Positions 27,169 to 36,588 of a stretch of 64,000 bases of DNA are shown here, one piece after another (within the stretch, counting starts at the first letter, position 1; each line of letters begins with the position of its first letter). The stretch is from an uncultured Candidatus Saccharibacteria bacterium (lineage in GTDB: Bacteria; Patescibacteriota; Dojkabacteria; J137), in the NCBI GenBank assembly GCA_964561155.1, contig CAZLOI010000001.1, forward strand, positions 3,958 to 67,957, read 5' to 3'. Under the pieces are notes generated by a model that searched no databases, was not told the DNA's origin, and saw only the letters and a list, made by a program, of their open reading frames with translations. Made by a program: the position numbers and the translations under genes.

Positions 27169-27474
27169 TTATGGCTCTCCTTTTTTATCTTTGTATGTTC
27201 CAAGAAGCTTTATAACTTCTTCGAAGACTTTCTCTAGTTCGTGTTCCTTTAACCCCAGGTTCTTAGCCAGTGTTAAAAGCAGTGTGATTAAGATATTCTG
27301 AACACCATCTTGAAGAGTTGCGTTGGAAGTACCAGTTCTAGTGTTGTTTGTTTGAATCTCTATTGCTCCTTCGAACTTTTGATCTACCTTACCTTGTACT
27401 TCGTTAAAAGAAGAATCTAGAGCCTGCGTTACTGCTTCTCTAATTTGTTCTAATCGTTCCCCTGAATTTTCCAT
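27169..27474 (-). CDS. hypothetical protein (101 aa)
   Basis: ORF only. No motif recognised. Confidence 0.3.
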   Translation of the reverse strand: MENSGERLEQIREAVTQALDSSFNEVQGKVDQKFEGAIEIQTNNTRTGTSNATLQDGVQNILITLLLTLAKNLGLKEHELEKVFEEVIKLLGTYKDKKGEP

Positions 27475-27541
27475 ACGAGATTATATCGCGAAAGCCCTTT
27501 TCTACAAAGAAATCTTGCAAGTTTTTTGGGTTGGCGTAGCC

Positions 27542-28057
27542 CTACACTTGCTTCTCCATCAGGTATACATCTATATATTTCTTTCCGCTTTTCAATTCGT
27601 TTTTTAGAACACCACTTAGTTCAAACCCGAACTTCTTGTACAGCTCTACTGCGTGAGATTGGCTTGAAGCAACCATTAGGGATATTTTTTTGATATGATC
27701 TCTTTTCTTAATCTCATCAAATACCTCGTTCATTAATATCTTTGAATACCCTTTTCCTCTCTTTTCAGGTTTCGTGTATACCCAAACAATTGATGCTATG
27801 TGCTCTTTCTTGCTCTTGTCTTCATACAAGATACCTCCCATACTTACGATTTCTCCATCTTCTAGTCCAAACAGCATTGATTGATTCTCTTCGGTTAGGA
27901 ATGGAAATAGGTATGATTCCCACCAAAACATAGAGTTATGTTCATACTCAGCTATAGTTACACTGAATGCATCTGGATCAGATTCCAAAGCAAGCAACAT
28001 CATTTCTTTTAGGGAGATTAGATCCGAGAGAGTTCCTTTACGTACCTTAAAGCTCAT
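27542..28057 (-). CDS. GNAT-family N-acetyltransferase
   Basis: VWVYTKPEKRGKGYSKILMNEVFDEIKK...HAVELYKKFGFE matches GNAT motif A (Q/RxxGxG/A) and motif B. Confidence 0.7.
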   Translation of the reverse strand: MSFKVRKGTLSDLISLKEMMLLALESDPDAFSVTIAEYEHNSMFWWESYLFPFLTEENQSMLFGLEDGEIVSMGGILYEDKSKKEHIASIVWVYTKPEKRGKGYSKILMNEVFDEIKKRDHIKKISLMVASSQSHAVELYKKFGFELSGVLKNELKSGKKYIDVYLMEKQV

Positions 28058-28608
28058 TATGGTACGCTAACTTGTATTTCTGCAGTAGCGTTCTTGTCTT
28101 CTACAAATACATTTACTTTGATTGTATTAATACCTGAAGGAAGTTTTTTAATCACTCCACCTATATTGTCTCTAGTTAATGCGTTTTCAAGAGCTGTAGT
28201 TGTTGTTCCATCTGCATTGTTGAATGTCCAGTATGCATCGTATGAATATGGTCCCCATTCTAATCCATTTGCAGTTGGTGTTATTCTAAATTGATAGTTT
28301 CTTGATGAAGGGTTTATTACCGAAGCATCTATTGCAACGGATACTTGAATTCCAGCTAGGGCATCGTCAACTGAAGCATTCTGGTTTCCAAGTAATATTG
28401 TAAAGCCCAAACTTCCAGCAAGGACAGCAAATGCAAGAAATGAGTATAGTGGTCGTCCTAGGAATCCAAATCTAGGAGCTATAGCTTCTTGGTATCTACG
28501 ATTCTGGTATATAGCAAGGATTATTAGTCCTATTATTACCAGAACAAGAGCTGCTATTATCAAAGACACTGCAGGATTTTCTTGAACGAACGTTGTTATT
28601 TCTTCCAT
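28057..28608 (-). CDS. membrane-anchored hypothetical protein with extracytoplasmic beta-rich domain
   Basis: 183 aa. TM helices SLIIAALVLVIIGLIILAI and LYSFLAFAVLAGSLGFTILL, then a domain with no recognisable motif. Confidence 0.35.
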   Translation of the reverse strand: MEEITTFVQENPAVSLIIAALVLVIIGLIILAIYQNRRYQEAIAPRFGFLGRPLYSFLAFAVLAGSLGFTILLGNQNASVDDALAGIQVSVAIDASVINPSSRNYQFRITPTANGLEWGPYSYDAYWTFNNADGTTTTALENALTRDNIGGVIKKLPSGINTIKVNVFVEDKNATAEIQVSVP

Positions 28609-28612
28609 ATTG

Positions 28613-29284
28613 TTATACTTTCCAGTTTATCTCTTTTAATCCCTTAGTTGCAAGATATTCGTTTGTTTTGCTAAAAGGTTTGCTTCCAAAGAATCCAGTA
28701 TGAGCACTGAACGGTGATGGATGTGGGGATAATATAACATGATGCTTGGTAGAATCAATGAGTGTTTGTTTCTTTTGAGCATATGCTCCCCAGAGAATGA
28801 ATACTACGTTCTCCTTTTTGTCTGATATTGTCTTTATCACTGAGTCTGTAAATATCTCCCATCCTCTTCCTGCATGACTTCCAGGTTTTCCTTGTTCGAC
28901 AGTTAACACTGCATTCAAAAGAAGAACACCTTGAGAAGCCCACTCAGATAGATCTCCATTTACAGATCTTGGAATATTTAAATCAGTTTCGAGTTCTTTA
29001 TATATATTTTGCAATGAAGGTGGCAATCTATTCCCGTTTTCAACTGCGAACGAAAGTCCAATAGCGGTTTTAGGTGAATGGTATGGATCTTGTCCAAGTA
29101 TCACTACCCTACAATCTTCGAATGAACAAAGGTCGAATGCTCTGAATATATTTGGACCTGCAGGATGTATAGTGTGCTTAGCGTATTCATCTTTAACAAA
29201 GGCAATTAGTGTTTCGAAGTATTGTTTGTTGAATTCATCTTCTAAATGAATCTTCCAGGATTCTGATATGCGTATATTGGACAT
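28613..29284 (-). CDS. ung: uracil-DNA glycosylase, family 1
   Basis: Water-activating loop VVILGQDPYH, and the C-terminal HPSPFSAHTGFFGSKPF (HPSPLS-type leucine-intercalation loop). Confidence 0.85.
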   Translation of the reverse strand: MSNIRISESWKIHLEDEFNKQYFETLIAFVKDEYAKHTIHPAGPNIFRAFDLCSFEDCRVVILGQDPYHSPKTAIGLSFAVENGNRLPPSLQNIYKELETDLNIPRSVNGDLSEWASQGVLLLNAVLTVEQGKPGSHAGRGWEIFTDSVIKTISDKKENVVFILWGAYAQKKQTLIDSTKHHVILSPHPSPFSAHTGFFGSKPFSKTNEYLATKGLKEINWKV

Positions 29285-29306
29285 ATGATGTTTTAGAAGA
29301 ACTAGA

Positions 29307-29963
29307 TTACTTTGATATCGATACTGTAGCTACGAAATCATAGAACTTTTGTATCTCTGCTCTATTCTCTTCTTCATTGATTGAAAGTCTGCCTGAATTA
29401 AAACAGACTGTATCTTCGAAACAACCAACTATCTCTGTTGTTAGACTAGGAAGTGGCTCTGTAGTTTCATCGGATTCTGTTGTTTCTTGTAGTTCTAAAT
29501 CATCTTGAACAAAGTATTCGGTAAAGGATATTTCTCCGAATGCAAAAGTCTTATCAATTGTTATAGTACCTGTAGAAAACTGAGTGTTTGTAAAGGAGCT
29601 TGGAAGAGAAATGTAGTATGTTTCTGTACCGTTAGAAACTAGATGTATATTACACTCTAAAGTATTTTCACAATATATTTCTTCGGATCTAGTTCCATCA
29701 AAAGAAAGTCCTACCTCCCATCCTGTAGAAAGCGTTGCCTTGTAGTTGTTGTAAATTAGTTCGTTTGATACTGTGATTGGTATTTCTGCATAATTATTTG
29801 GGCTATCTTCTATAATTTGTTGAGGCTCAGTAACTAGTGGTGAATTAACTAGTAGGTTAAAAAATACCACTCCTACTACCAATAGGAAAAGGATACCCAA
29901 GGTTAGCTGTATTCTTTTTGCTGTAAATATCGTTTTTAGGCTATTGATTTTCGGTTCGTCCAT
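29307..29963 (-). CDS. membrane-anchored hypothetical protein
   Basis: 218 aa. N-terminal TM LTLGILFLLVVGVVFFNLLV, an extracytoplasmic domain with four Cys, and an acidic tail. Confidence 0.35.
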   Translation of the reverse strand: MDEPKINSLKTIFTAKRIQLTLGILFLLVVGVVFFNLLVNSPLVTEPQQIIEDSPNNYAEIPITVSNELIYNNYKATLSTGWEVGLSFDGTRSEEIYCENTLECNIHLVSNGTETYYISLPSSFTNTQFSTGTITIDKTFAFGEISFTEYFVQDDLELQETTESDETTEPLPSLTTEIVGCFEDTVCFNSGRLSINEEENRAEIQKFYDFVATVSISK

Positions 29964-30012
29964 AATTTTTTGCTATACTTAAAGTATATTTGATTTATAG
30001 ATCTAGGTAAAC

Positions 30013-30267
30013 ATGAAAAAATCGATACTAGAGTTACTTCGAGAAAAGGATTCAAAGCTAATAGCGGTTGATCACGATACTGGTGAGAAGATTACGAATA
30101 TGAGCAAGGAGCTTGAGACAACACCTGCAGACATCATATGCTCTGCTTTAACTCTGCTCGAGCTTTCAGTTGGGAAGGAGATTATTCTTGTTGATAATAA
30201 GAGTAATACACAGACTACGATAAGTGCTTTAACTACTAAAGAGTTAGATAAAAAAAGCGATGAATAA
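30013..30267 (+). CDS. hypothetical small protein (84 aa)
   Basis: ORF overlapping the next gene by 8 nt (co-transcription likely). Confidence 0.3.
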   Translation: MKKSILELLREKDSKLIAVDHDTGEKITNMSKELETTPADIICSALTLLELSVGKEIILVDNKSNTQTTISALTTKELDKKSDE

Positions 30268-30688
30268 GAAAAGCGATACATTTATACAGTTTATAGATCC
30301 ACAGGAGCTTATTGAATTCATACCTGATAAAGACCTAGGTTCTGTTGAAATGGAACCAGGAGATGAAAGTATTGAGGTTCTAGGTACTTCAGATCCTATG
30401 AGAATTACTGAAAGTATCAAGGTTGATGCAGAAAGCTATGCGATTGTTAAGAAGGAGGATACTAGAGGAAGACTTGCAATTATCTATACTGTAGCAACGC
30501 TTTTAATCTTTGTTTTTGTTATACTACTAAGCTTTATTGAATCCATAATAAACAAGACTAGTTTGGTTGCTAATTTGACCCAGATAATCCCATTGATTTC
30601 TGGTGTGCTGTTTGGAACATTAGGTTTTGTTTTAGGATATTATTTTAGAAATGATACTAACGAAGGAAATACAGACAAAAATCGATAA
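30260..30688 (+). CDS. hypothetical membrane protein (2 TM)
   Basis: 142 aa. A soluble N-terminal 75 aa is followed by LAIIYTVATLLIFVFVILLSFI and IIPLISGVLFGTLGFVLGYYF. Confidence 0.35.
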   Translation: MNKKSDTFIQFIDPQELIEFIPDKDLGSVEMEPGDESIEVLGTSDPMRITESIKVDAESYAIVKKEDTRGRLAIIYTVATLLIFVFVILLSFIESIINKTSLVANLTQIIPLISGVLFGTLGFVLGYYFRNDTNEGNTDKNR

Positions 30689-31691
30689 GATAATTAAGAA
30701 GATTGAAGGATCTAATAAGATTCTTGTAGTCTCGGATTCTGCACGTGTGGATGAAGACTGTATCTACTCTGGTTTAACTCTTAGGTGGTTATTCGAGAAG
30801 ATGGGTAAGAGTGTTGATAATGTTATTTTTGCTAAGGTTAACGATGAATTTGGTGCTAAGAAGGATGTAGAAATGGTTAGTTCAATGTTTACAGAAGATG
30901 TTGATTTTCATGAATACGATCTAGTTGTATTGGTTGATTCACCACAGTGGTCTAGGATATTAACTATTAAGTCCGAAGAAATCTTGTTACTTCATGGAAA
31001 GGACAAGTTTGTTTCTTTTGATCACCACTTGCCTGAAGATATAGATGCCGATTTAGGAGACTATTCCATTAACATGGAAGCTTCATCAACTGGATTGATA
31101 ATATACGAGACTTTGTTTAAGACCCTTGGAATAACTCCAGATTTAACTTGTGCTGAATATATCTACAGTACAATTATTTCAGATACCCAGTGCCTTAGAG
31201 TTAACTCTAATGCTGTAACTTTTAACGCATGTGCAGAGTTACAAAATCTTGGCGTTGAACATCAGAAACTTGTAGAAGATATGTCTGAAGTTACAAAAGA
31301 CGCTGTAGATTTCTTCGCATATTGTCTTTCAAAGACAGAGTATTATCCTGAAATCAAAGCTACTGTCCTATTTCAAGATCAAGAGTTCGAGGACTATTGT
31401 AATTCTGTATTTGGAGACTCTTGGAGAAATCAGGAAATGCTGAGTATGTACAAGGAAAACTTTATGAGAAGAGTTCAAGGTTTTGAGCATGGATTAATAT
31501 TCTGGGTACCATACGACAGAACTAGGACAAAAGTTTCTTGGAGATCAAAAGAATATATAACCTTCGATTTGGCAGGAATGCTTAACGGTCTTGGCTTTAA
31601 GTTAGGTGGTCACAAGAACGCAGGAGGAGGATTTGTTTCTATGGATATAGAATCCCTACGAAAGATGCTGTCTGAATACGCATCCAAGTAG
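30651..31691 (+). CDS. DHH/DHHA1-family phosphoesterase (NrnA-like nanoRNase / pAp phosphatase)
   Basis: ILVVSDSARVDEDC (motif I DxD), LVVLVDSP (motif II), FDHH (motif III), and the C-terminal LGGHKNAGGGF (DHHA1 GGGH motif). The start is uncertain because it overlaps the upstream ORF by 38 nt. Confidence 0.7.
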   Translation: MILTKEIQTKIDKIIKKIEGSNKILVVSDSARVDEDCIYSGLTLRWLFEKMGKSVDNVIFAKVNDEFGAKKDVEMVSSMFTEDVDFHEYDLVVLVDSPQWSRILTIKSEEILLLHGKDKFVSFDHHLPEDIDADLGDYSINMEASSTGLIIYETLFKTLGITPDLTCAEYIYSTIISDTQCLRVNSNAVTFNACAELQNLGVEHQKLVEDMSEVTKDAVDFFAYCLSKTEYYPEIKATVLFQDQEFEDYCNSVFGDSWRNQEMLSMYKENFMRRVQGFEHGLIFWVPYDRTRTKVSWRSKEYITFDLAGMLNGLGFKLGGHKNAGGGFVSMDIESLRKMLSEYASK

Positions 31692-31692
31692 T

Positions 31693-33252
31693 TTAAGCTA
31701 CTAGTCTTTTCAAACACTCTTCTTTCCCTAGTACCTGCATTGCTTCAAACATAGGAGGTGAAAATGGACTCCCTACTATTGCCACTCTTAATACCATGAA
31801 GATGTCTCCTGCTTTTGCATTTAATTCTTCAGCTATTTGTCTAACTCCTTTCTCCCATTCTTCATGCCACCATTTAGATGCATCTTCAGGAAGCTTAGAT
31901 ATATGAGAGTTTAGTTTCTGAATAATTGCTGGAATATTCTCTCGAACCTTGTCTAGCTGTTTAATCTCCCAGTTAATATTAACCGGTGCTTTATAGAAGA
32001 ATTCTAACTGCTGTAATACATGCCAGAAATTAACTGCTCTTTCTTGAAGAAGAGATAGTTGTTTCTGAAGCATTGTTTGGTCTGAATTTAATAGAGTCTT
32101 AGCAAACTCAATTAGTTCGTACATTCTCTCCTTGCTCTCTACTTTATATTCACCTTCCTCTACAAGATTCAAAACTAGGTCTTCATCACTTTGTGTTGTT
32201 AGGAACTTCTCTATCCAGTATCTAAACTCTGTTGTTAATTCTTCAAGTGTTAGCTCTCTTAAATATATACCATTAAACCAATCCATCTTCTTGTTATCCC
32301 AAGTAGCATTAGCCTTCTGAAGTCCTTCCATATCAAAAGCTTCAACATATTCTTGTAGACTAAAGATCTCTCTATTATCCTTTGGTGCCCAACCAAGAAG
32401 CATTAGGTAGTTTAATATTGCTGGTTTTAGATATCCTCGAATTGGTAGCCCATTGATTCTGAAACTACCTGTTCTTTTTGAAAACTTCTTTCCTGGAGTA
32501 TTTGGATCCAAGATTACAGTAAAGTGGCCAATGTGTGGCATATCTTCTTTCTTAACACCAAGACCTTCATAGATGAGCATGTGAACTGGTGTTGTAGATA
32601 GCCATTCAGATCCTCTGAAAACATGAGTTATATCCATTGCAATATCGTCATACATAGCAGCCAAATGATATGTTGGAATTCCATTTGATTTAACAATGAT
32701 CATGTCATCGACATCTGCTGAATCCCAAACAACTGTATTCTTGGTTACTGAATCGTAGAATTCAATCTTCCTATTCTCTGGTACTTTAATCCTAACTACA
32801 TACGCTTCTCCGTTAGATACTTTTGTAGCAACTTCTTCCTGTGTTAGGTTCCTGCACTTTCCGTCATATTTTGTTCTTTGTTTTGCAAGTGTTTGCTGTT
32901 CTCTAAGTTCTTCTAATCTCTCTTGTGAACAAAAACATTTGTATGCATATCCATTCTCTATTAACTTTTCAGATGCTTTTTTGTATAGATCTAACCTTTC
33001 TGTTTGTGTATATGGAGCATATGGTCCTCCTTTGTCTGGTCCTTCGTCCCAATCCATTCCGAATTCCCGTATCCACTTCATGTTGTATTCAAGCGCACCT
33101 TCTACAAGTCTAGTCTGGTCTGTATCTTCGTTTCTCCAAATAAACTGGCCACCGTTTTTTCTTGCAAGTGCGTAGTTGATTAGGAATCTTGATAGCATTC
33201 CTAAATGAGCATATCCTGTTGGACTTGGAGCCATTCTTGTTCTAACTTTCAT
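31693..33252 (-). CDS. gltX: glutamyl-tRNA synthetase
   Basis: RMAPSPTGYAHLGMLSRFLINY (HIGH-class motif), KFSKRTGS (KMSKS), and a class I catalytic core plus anticodon-binding helical domain. 519 aa. Confidence 0.9.
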   Translation of the reverse strand: MKVRTRMAPSPTGYAHLGMLSRFLINYALARKNGGQFIWRNEDTDQTRLVEGALEYNMKWIREFGMDWDEGPDKGGPYAPYTQTERLDLYKKASEKLIENGYAYKCFCSQERLEELREQQTLAKQRTKYDGKCRNLTQEEVATKVSNGEAYVVRIKVPENRKIEFYDSVTKNTVVWDSADVDDMIIVKSNGIPTYHLAAMYDDIAMDITHVFRGSEWLSTTPVHMLIYEGLGVKKEDMPHIGHFTVILDPNTPGKKFSKRTGSFRINGLPIRGYLKPAILNYLMLLGWAPKDNREIFSLQEYVEAFDMEGLQKANATWDNKKMDWFNGIYLRELTLEELTTEFRYWIEKFLTTQSDEDLVLNLVEEGEYKVESKERMYELIEFAKTLLNSDQTMLQKQLSLLQERAVNFWHVLQQLEFFYKAPVNINWEIKQLDKVRENIPAIIQKLNSHISKLPEDASKWWHEEWEKGVRQIAEELNAKAGDIFMVLRVAIVGSPFSPPMFEAMQVLGKEECLKRLVA

Positions 33253-33297
33253 ATCTTTGTTTTAAAACTTATGGATATTGGTATTAGTCTGATTATA

Positions 33298-34083
33298 TCA
33301 GAAAAGAATCTTTGATTTTGCAGTATCAATAGCACTTTCTGTCCCTACAAGGTAGAAGTCCATATTTTGGTATCTTACAATCTCAAGCTTTGCTCCAGAT
33401 TCCTCTGCTATTAGAAGACCTGCGAATATATCTGCTTTCTCTTTTGTCTTCCTGATACTCTTAATGAATATTTGGAAATAGTTTCGAGATAGGTAGCAAA
33501 GAGATAGTGCACCACTTCCTAGCATTCTTGTTTTAAGGAATTCTTCTATAGATCTTTGGTAGCAGACATGTAGCCAAGTAGCTTCGGACTTGTCTTTAAT
33601 AACGTGATCGAAGCTTAATATTGTTCTATCAACTGTTACATTTTGTTTGAATTTAAGCTCTACTTCAGTTTTACCATTAATTAATCTGGCACCCATCCCT
33701 TTCTCTGCTACAAAGATTTCTCCTGTCATAATATTGGCCACTATTGCAAATACAGAAGTCTCATCGAGTATTCGAACTATAGATATAGAACTTAATGGCA
33801 CTCCGTGCAAATATTGACCAGTTCCATCTATCGGATCTATAAGCCAGCCACCTTCATCTCCACCTGATTCTTCTCCCCATACTCTTTCCTCTGGAAAACT
33901 TTCCTTAAGAAACTCTTTAAGCTTCTCTTCAATATATGAATCTACTTCGGATACAAGTTCATGGTTATCCTTCTCCGAAAAGGAACTTGGGACATTTTCT
34001 TTGGCGTATGAAGCGAGTTGTTTTACTAGAAGTATTAGTTTCTTGTATTTAGCTTTATTTGACTTCATCGAGGATTCTTTCAT
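33298..34083 (-). CDS. inositol monophosphatase / 3'(2'),5'-bisphosphate nucleotidase family protein
   Basis: WGEESGG...GWLIDPIDGTGQYLHGVP (metal-binding DPIDGT motif) and the C-terminal ADIFAGLLIAEESGAKL (WD..AG-type motif). Confidence 0.75.
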   Translation of the reverse strand: MKESSMKSNKAKYKKLILLVKQLASYAKENVPSSFSEKDNHELVSEVDSYIEEKLKEFLKESFPEERVWGEESGGDEGGWLIDPIDGTGQYLHGVPLSSISIVRILDETSVFAIVANIMTGEIFVAEKGMGARLINGKTEVELKFKQNVTVDRTILSFDHVIKDKSEATWLHVCYQRSIEEFLKTRMLGSGALSLCYLSRNYFQIFIKSIRKTKEKADIFAGLLIAEESGAKLEIVRYQNMDFYLVGTESAIDTAKSKILF

Positions 34084-35629
34084 GATTTATATCCATAGTT
34101 TCAAGGAACTCTCTGTTTCCTTCCAAGAACTTATCAATATTTAAAAGCAAAGATTCAGAAGGTCTTAACTCGTTTACCTTTAGAATTCTTTTGATTTCCT
34201 CTTCCCCTATACCATCTGCATTATCAATCGATGCTCCTACTAGACTTAGAATCAAAGATACTTCATATTCTGAATACTTAAGACCTTTTTGACCTGGTGC
34301 AAACACTGTCCAATTTAAAACTCTATGAATACCAACATCTAATCCTTCCTCCTTTACCTTAGATTCAAGTTCATCAAAATTAACAGGAAGCTTCCTCTGC
34401 TCTTCATACACCGATGCGTAGTATTCAGCATACCCATCAACCCTATCTGGATTAATCTCAGGAATTATTAACTGTATTCTTCCAACTTTTGCTACAACTT
34501 GTTTTATCTGATCTAGAAGTATTGGTTCATTTTCTTGAATAAAGGAGTTTGCAAACATGTAGACAGGCTTCTCACTTGCTCGTATCTTATCTCCGAATTG
34601 ATTTATGATTGGCAACCAGTTGGCTACAGATCCAGGTGGTACTATCCAGTATGCCGTAGTTTCTACAATTGTATCAAAAAGATTTTGAATTTCTTCAACA
34701 TCCGTTACTTCTTCAGTACAATCAGCATTTACAAAGAGCTTGTAGCTTTCTGCAAGAAGCTTGTCGGCTGTTTCCATATTATCTATCACTCCTTCTCCTT
34801 TGATTCTTTCTCCTTTCTCAGTTATAGCTTGAAGGTGGAGACCTCGCTCTCTAAGGATTCTTAACCATAGATTCTTTGGAATTAGATTCAGATTCCTTAG
34901 AAGACCAAAGAAGAGTTCTTGCACCGAAACTTTTTCTTGGTCGAAATCAGATGATGATTCAATACTTGGACCTCTGTTCTTAAATGCCTGAACGCACTCT
35001 ATATAAAGAAAGTGGAGAATTAGATTTCCTACAGAATGCTTCACTTCAATTGAATCCGAAATAGTGTACTTGCTTTCAGCTGCTTGTTTGAATAGCTCCA
35101 GGTATTTCTGGAATCGTCTTTCTAGTACAAAAGCCAAGTCATCTGAATCGTAATCTCGTTGTTCACCATAATATGATCTAAAAAGCATCTCTCCAATTCC
35201 TGCTTTCTCTATCTTGTGCTGCGGATCTGTTATTAAAGATACTAGAAGGGAATAGGATGCTTTCTCGAACTTTCCATCTTCAAGTCTTCGTTTGAAAAGC
35301 TTTCCGTATAGTTCGCTCCATCTAGATATCTGATTACGCAAATCTCCAAGAGGAGGCGCGTCAATTTCTTCAGATGTAAGGAGGGAGTATAGTTCTCGGA
35401 AATTAGGCAAGTTCCACAAATATTGAGTTAGTTCTCTAATGATACCTGTGTGTCCTCCACTGTCTGCTCCAGTTAATATTGACTGCAAAAGCTTGCCTTT
35501 GACTCCAAAATCTCTCGTACATAGCCAGTCAAATACTACTGATGCATCTCCTGAATGGGCTAATATTGTTCCTATGTTCATATGTCTTAATGAATATATG
35601 AATTTAATTGATGGGTAAGGAATTGTCAA
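34055..35629 (-). CDS. hypothetical protein, possibly a highly divergent YvcK/CofD (UPF0052)-like protein with large insertion
   Basis: LQSILTGADSGGHTGIIRELTQY resembles the family motif ltaIvtvaDDGGSSGrLRrE. The far-downstream WIVPPGSVANWLPIINQFG resembles ivigPGSlyTSilPnLlvpgi. The spacing between the motifs is about 250 aa longer than in canonical members. Weak assignment. Confidence 0.3.
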   Translation of the reverse strand: MTIPYPSIKFIYSLRHMNIGTILAHSGDASVVFDWLCTRDFGVKGKLLQSILTGADSGGHTGIIRELTQYLWNLPNFRELYSLLTSEEIDAPPLGDLRNQISRWSELYGKLFKRRLEDGKFEKASYSLLVSLITDPQHKIEKAGIGEMLFRSYYGEQRDYDSDDLAFVLERRFQKYLELFKQAAESKYTISDSIEVKHSVGNLILHFLYIECVQAFKNRGPSIESSSDFDQEKVSVQELFFGLLRNLNLIPKNLWLRILRERGLHLQAITEKGERIKGEGVIDNMETADKLLAESYKLFVNADCTEEVTDVEEIQNLFDTIVETTAYWIVPPGSVANWLPIINQFGDKIRASEKPVYMFANSFIQENEPILLDQIKQVVAKVGRIQLIIPEINPDRVDGYAEYYASVYEEQRKLPVNFDELESKVKEEGLDVGIHRVLNWTVFAPGQKGLKYSEYEVSLILSLVGASIDNADGIGEEEIKRILKVNELRPSESLLLNIDKFLEGNREFLETMDINHERILDEVK

Positions 35630-35680
35630 ATTCAGTTTCAGGAAAGCTTGTCTGTAGTATAATTCAGGAGTTATATAAAA

Positions 35681-36454
35681 ATGCAGAACATGTTAAGAAT
35701 TGAGAATCTAAAAGTAAACTTAAGCGAAGGAGACAAAGAAATTCTTCATGGAATCAACCTAGATATTAACCCTGGTGAAATCGTAATTATCAATGGCAAG
35801 AATGGATCGGGAAAGAGCACGTTAGTTAATGCGATCATGGGGAATCCACAGTTTAAAGTAACTGAAGGAAAGGCAACTATTCTCAACGAATCTTTTGATG
35901 ACCATACTTTGAGTTTGATTGATGAAGAGTTTGAAAAAAGAAATGCTAAAACAAACGAAATAGAAATTGAGATTTCATCAATAGAACCAAACGAAAGATC
36001 ATTGGCAGGATTGTATCTTGCTAACCAATATCCAACAGAAATACCAGGAGTTGGGTTAACTCACTTCTTAAGACTTATCTACAATTCTCGAAGACCAAAG
36101 GATCAGCAACTTAACGTATACAAGTTTAAGCTTCTTCTTAAAGAAAAGTGTGAACTAATAAAATATCCTGAACACTTGCTAACAAGGAACCTTAATGAAG
36201 GTTTTAGTGGTGGTGAAAAGAAGAAGACAGAGATTCTTCAAATGCTAATTTTAGAACCTAGATATGTGATGCTTGATGAAGTAGATTCAGGTCTTGATAG
36301 GCAGTCTGTTAAAGATGTCTTTCAAGGATTGTCTGACTTTAAGAAAGTTCTTCCCAATACTGCTTTCCTAATCATTTCTCATTACGACAAAGTTCAGGAG
36401 TATATGAAACCTGACAGGACTGTGGAAATGAGCGAAGGGTTGATAGTTGGATAA
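35681..36454 (+). CDS. sufC: Fe-S cluster assembly ATPase SufC (with about 25-aa insertion)
   Basis: GKNGSGKSTLVNAIMGNPQFKVTEGKATILNE (SufC-specific GxPxYxVTxG), NQYPTEIPGV, and LLTRNLNEGFSGGEKKKTEILQMLILEPRYVMLDEVDSGLD align closely with E. coli SufC. AGGAG at 35666-35670 is 10 nt upstream of the ATG. No sufB/sufD/sufS is adjacent. Confidence 0.8.
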   Translation: MQNMLRIENLKVNLSEGDKEILHGINLDINPGEIVIINGKNGSGKSTLVNAIMGNPQFKVTEGKATILNESFDDHTLSLIDEEFEKRNAKTNEIEIEISSIEPNERSLAGLYLANQYPTEIPGVGLTHFLRLIYNSRRPKDQQLNVYKFKLLLKEKCELIKYPEHLLTRNLNEGFSGGEKKKTEILQMLILEPRYVMLDEVDSGLDRQSVKDVFQGLSDFKKVLPNTAFLIISHYDKVQEYMKPDRTVEMSEGLIVG

Positions 36455-36514
36455 AGCTTTTTAAATCACTTTCTAATCTCACCCATTCACAATTTCTCTT
36501 TGATTTCTAAAAAG

Positions 36515-36543
36515 TTGATCTTCAGACAATACACCAGTATACT
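36515..36543 (+). promoter_or_regulatory. sigma70-like promoter TTGATC-N17-TATACT upstream of 36589
   Basis: TTGATC at 36515-36520, 17-nt spacer, TATACT at 36538-36543, about 45 nt before the ATG. Confidence 0.3.
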
Positions 36544-36588
36544 ATAGTATTTGCACAAAACTATATTTACTATTTACAACTTAAGCAT

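Noticed and set aside
35681-36454. Reading sufC as a generic ABC-transporter ATPase
   Set aside because: It carries SufC-specific signatures (GNPxFKVTEG after Walker A; NQYPTEIPGV; LLTRNLNEGFSGGEKKK) and no adjacent permease gene.
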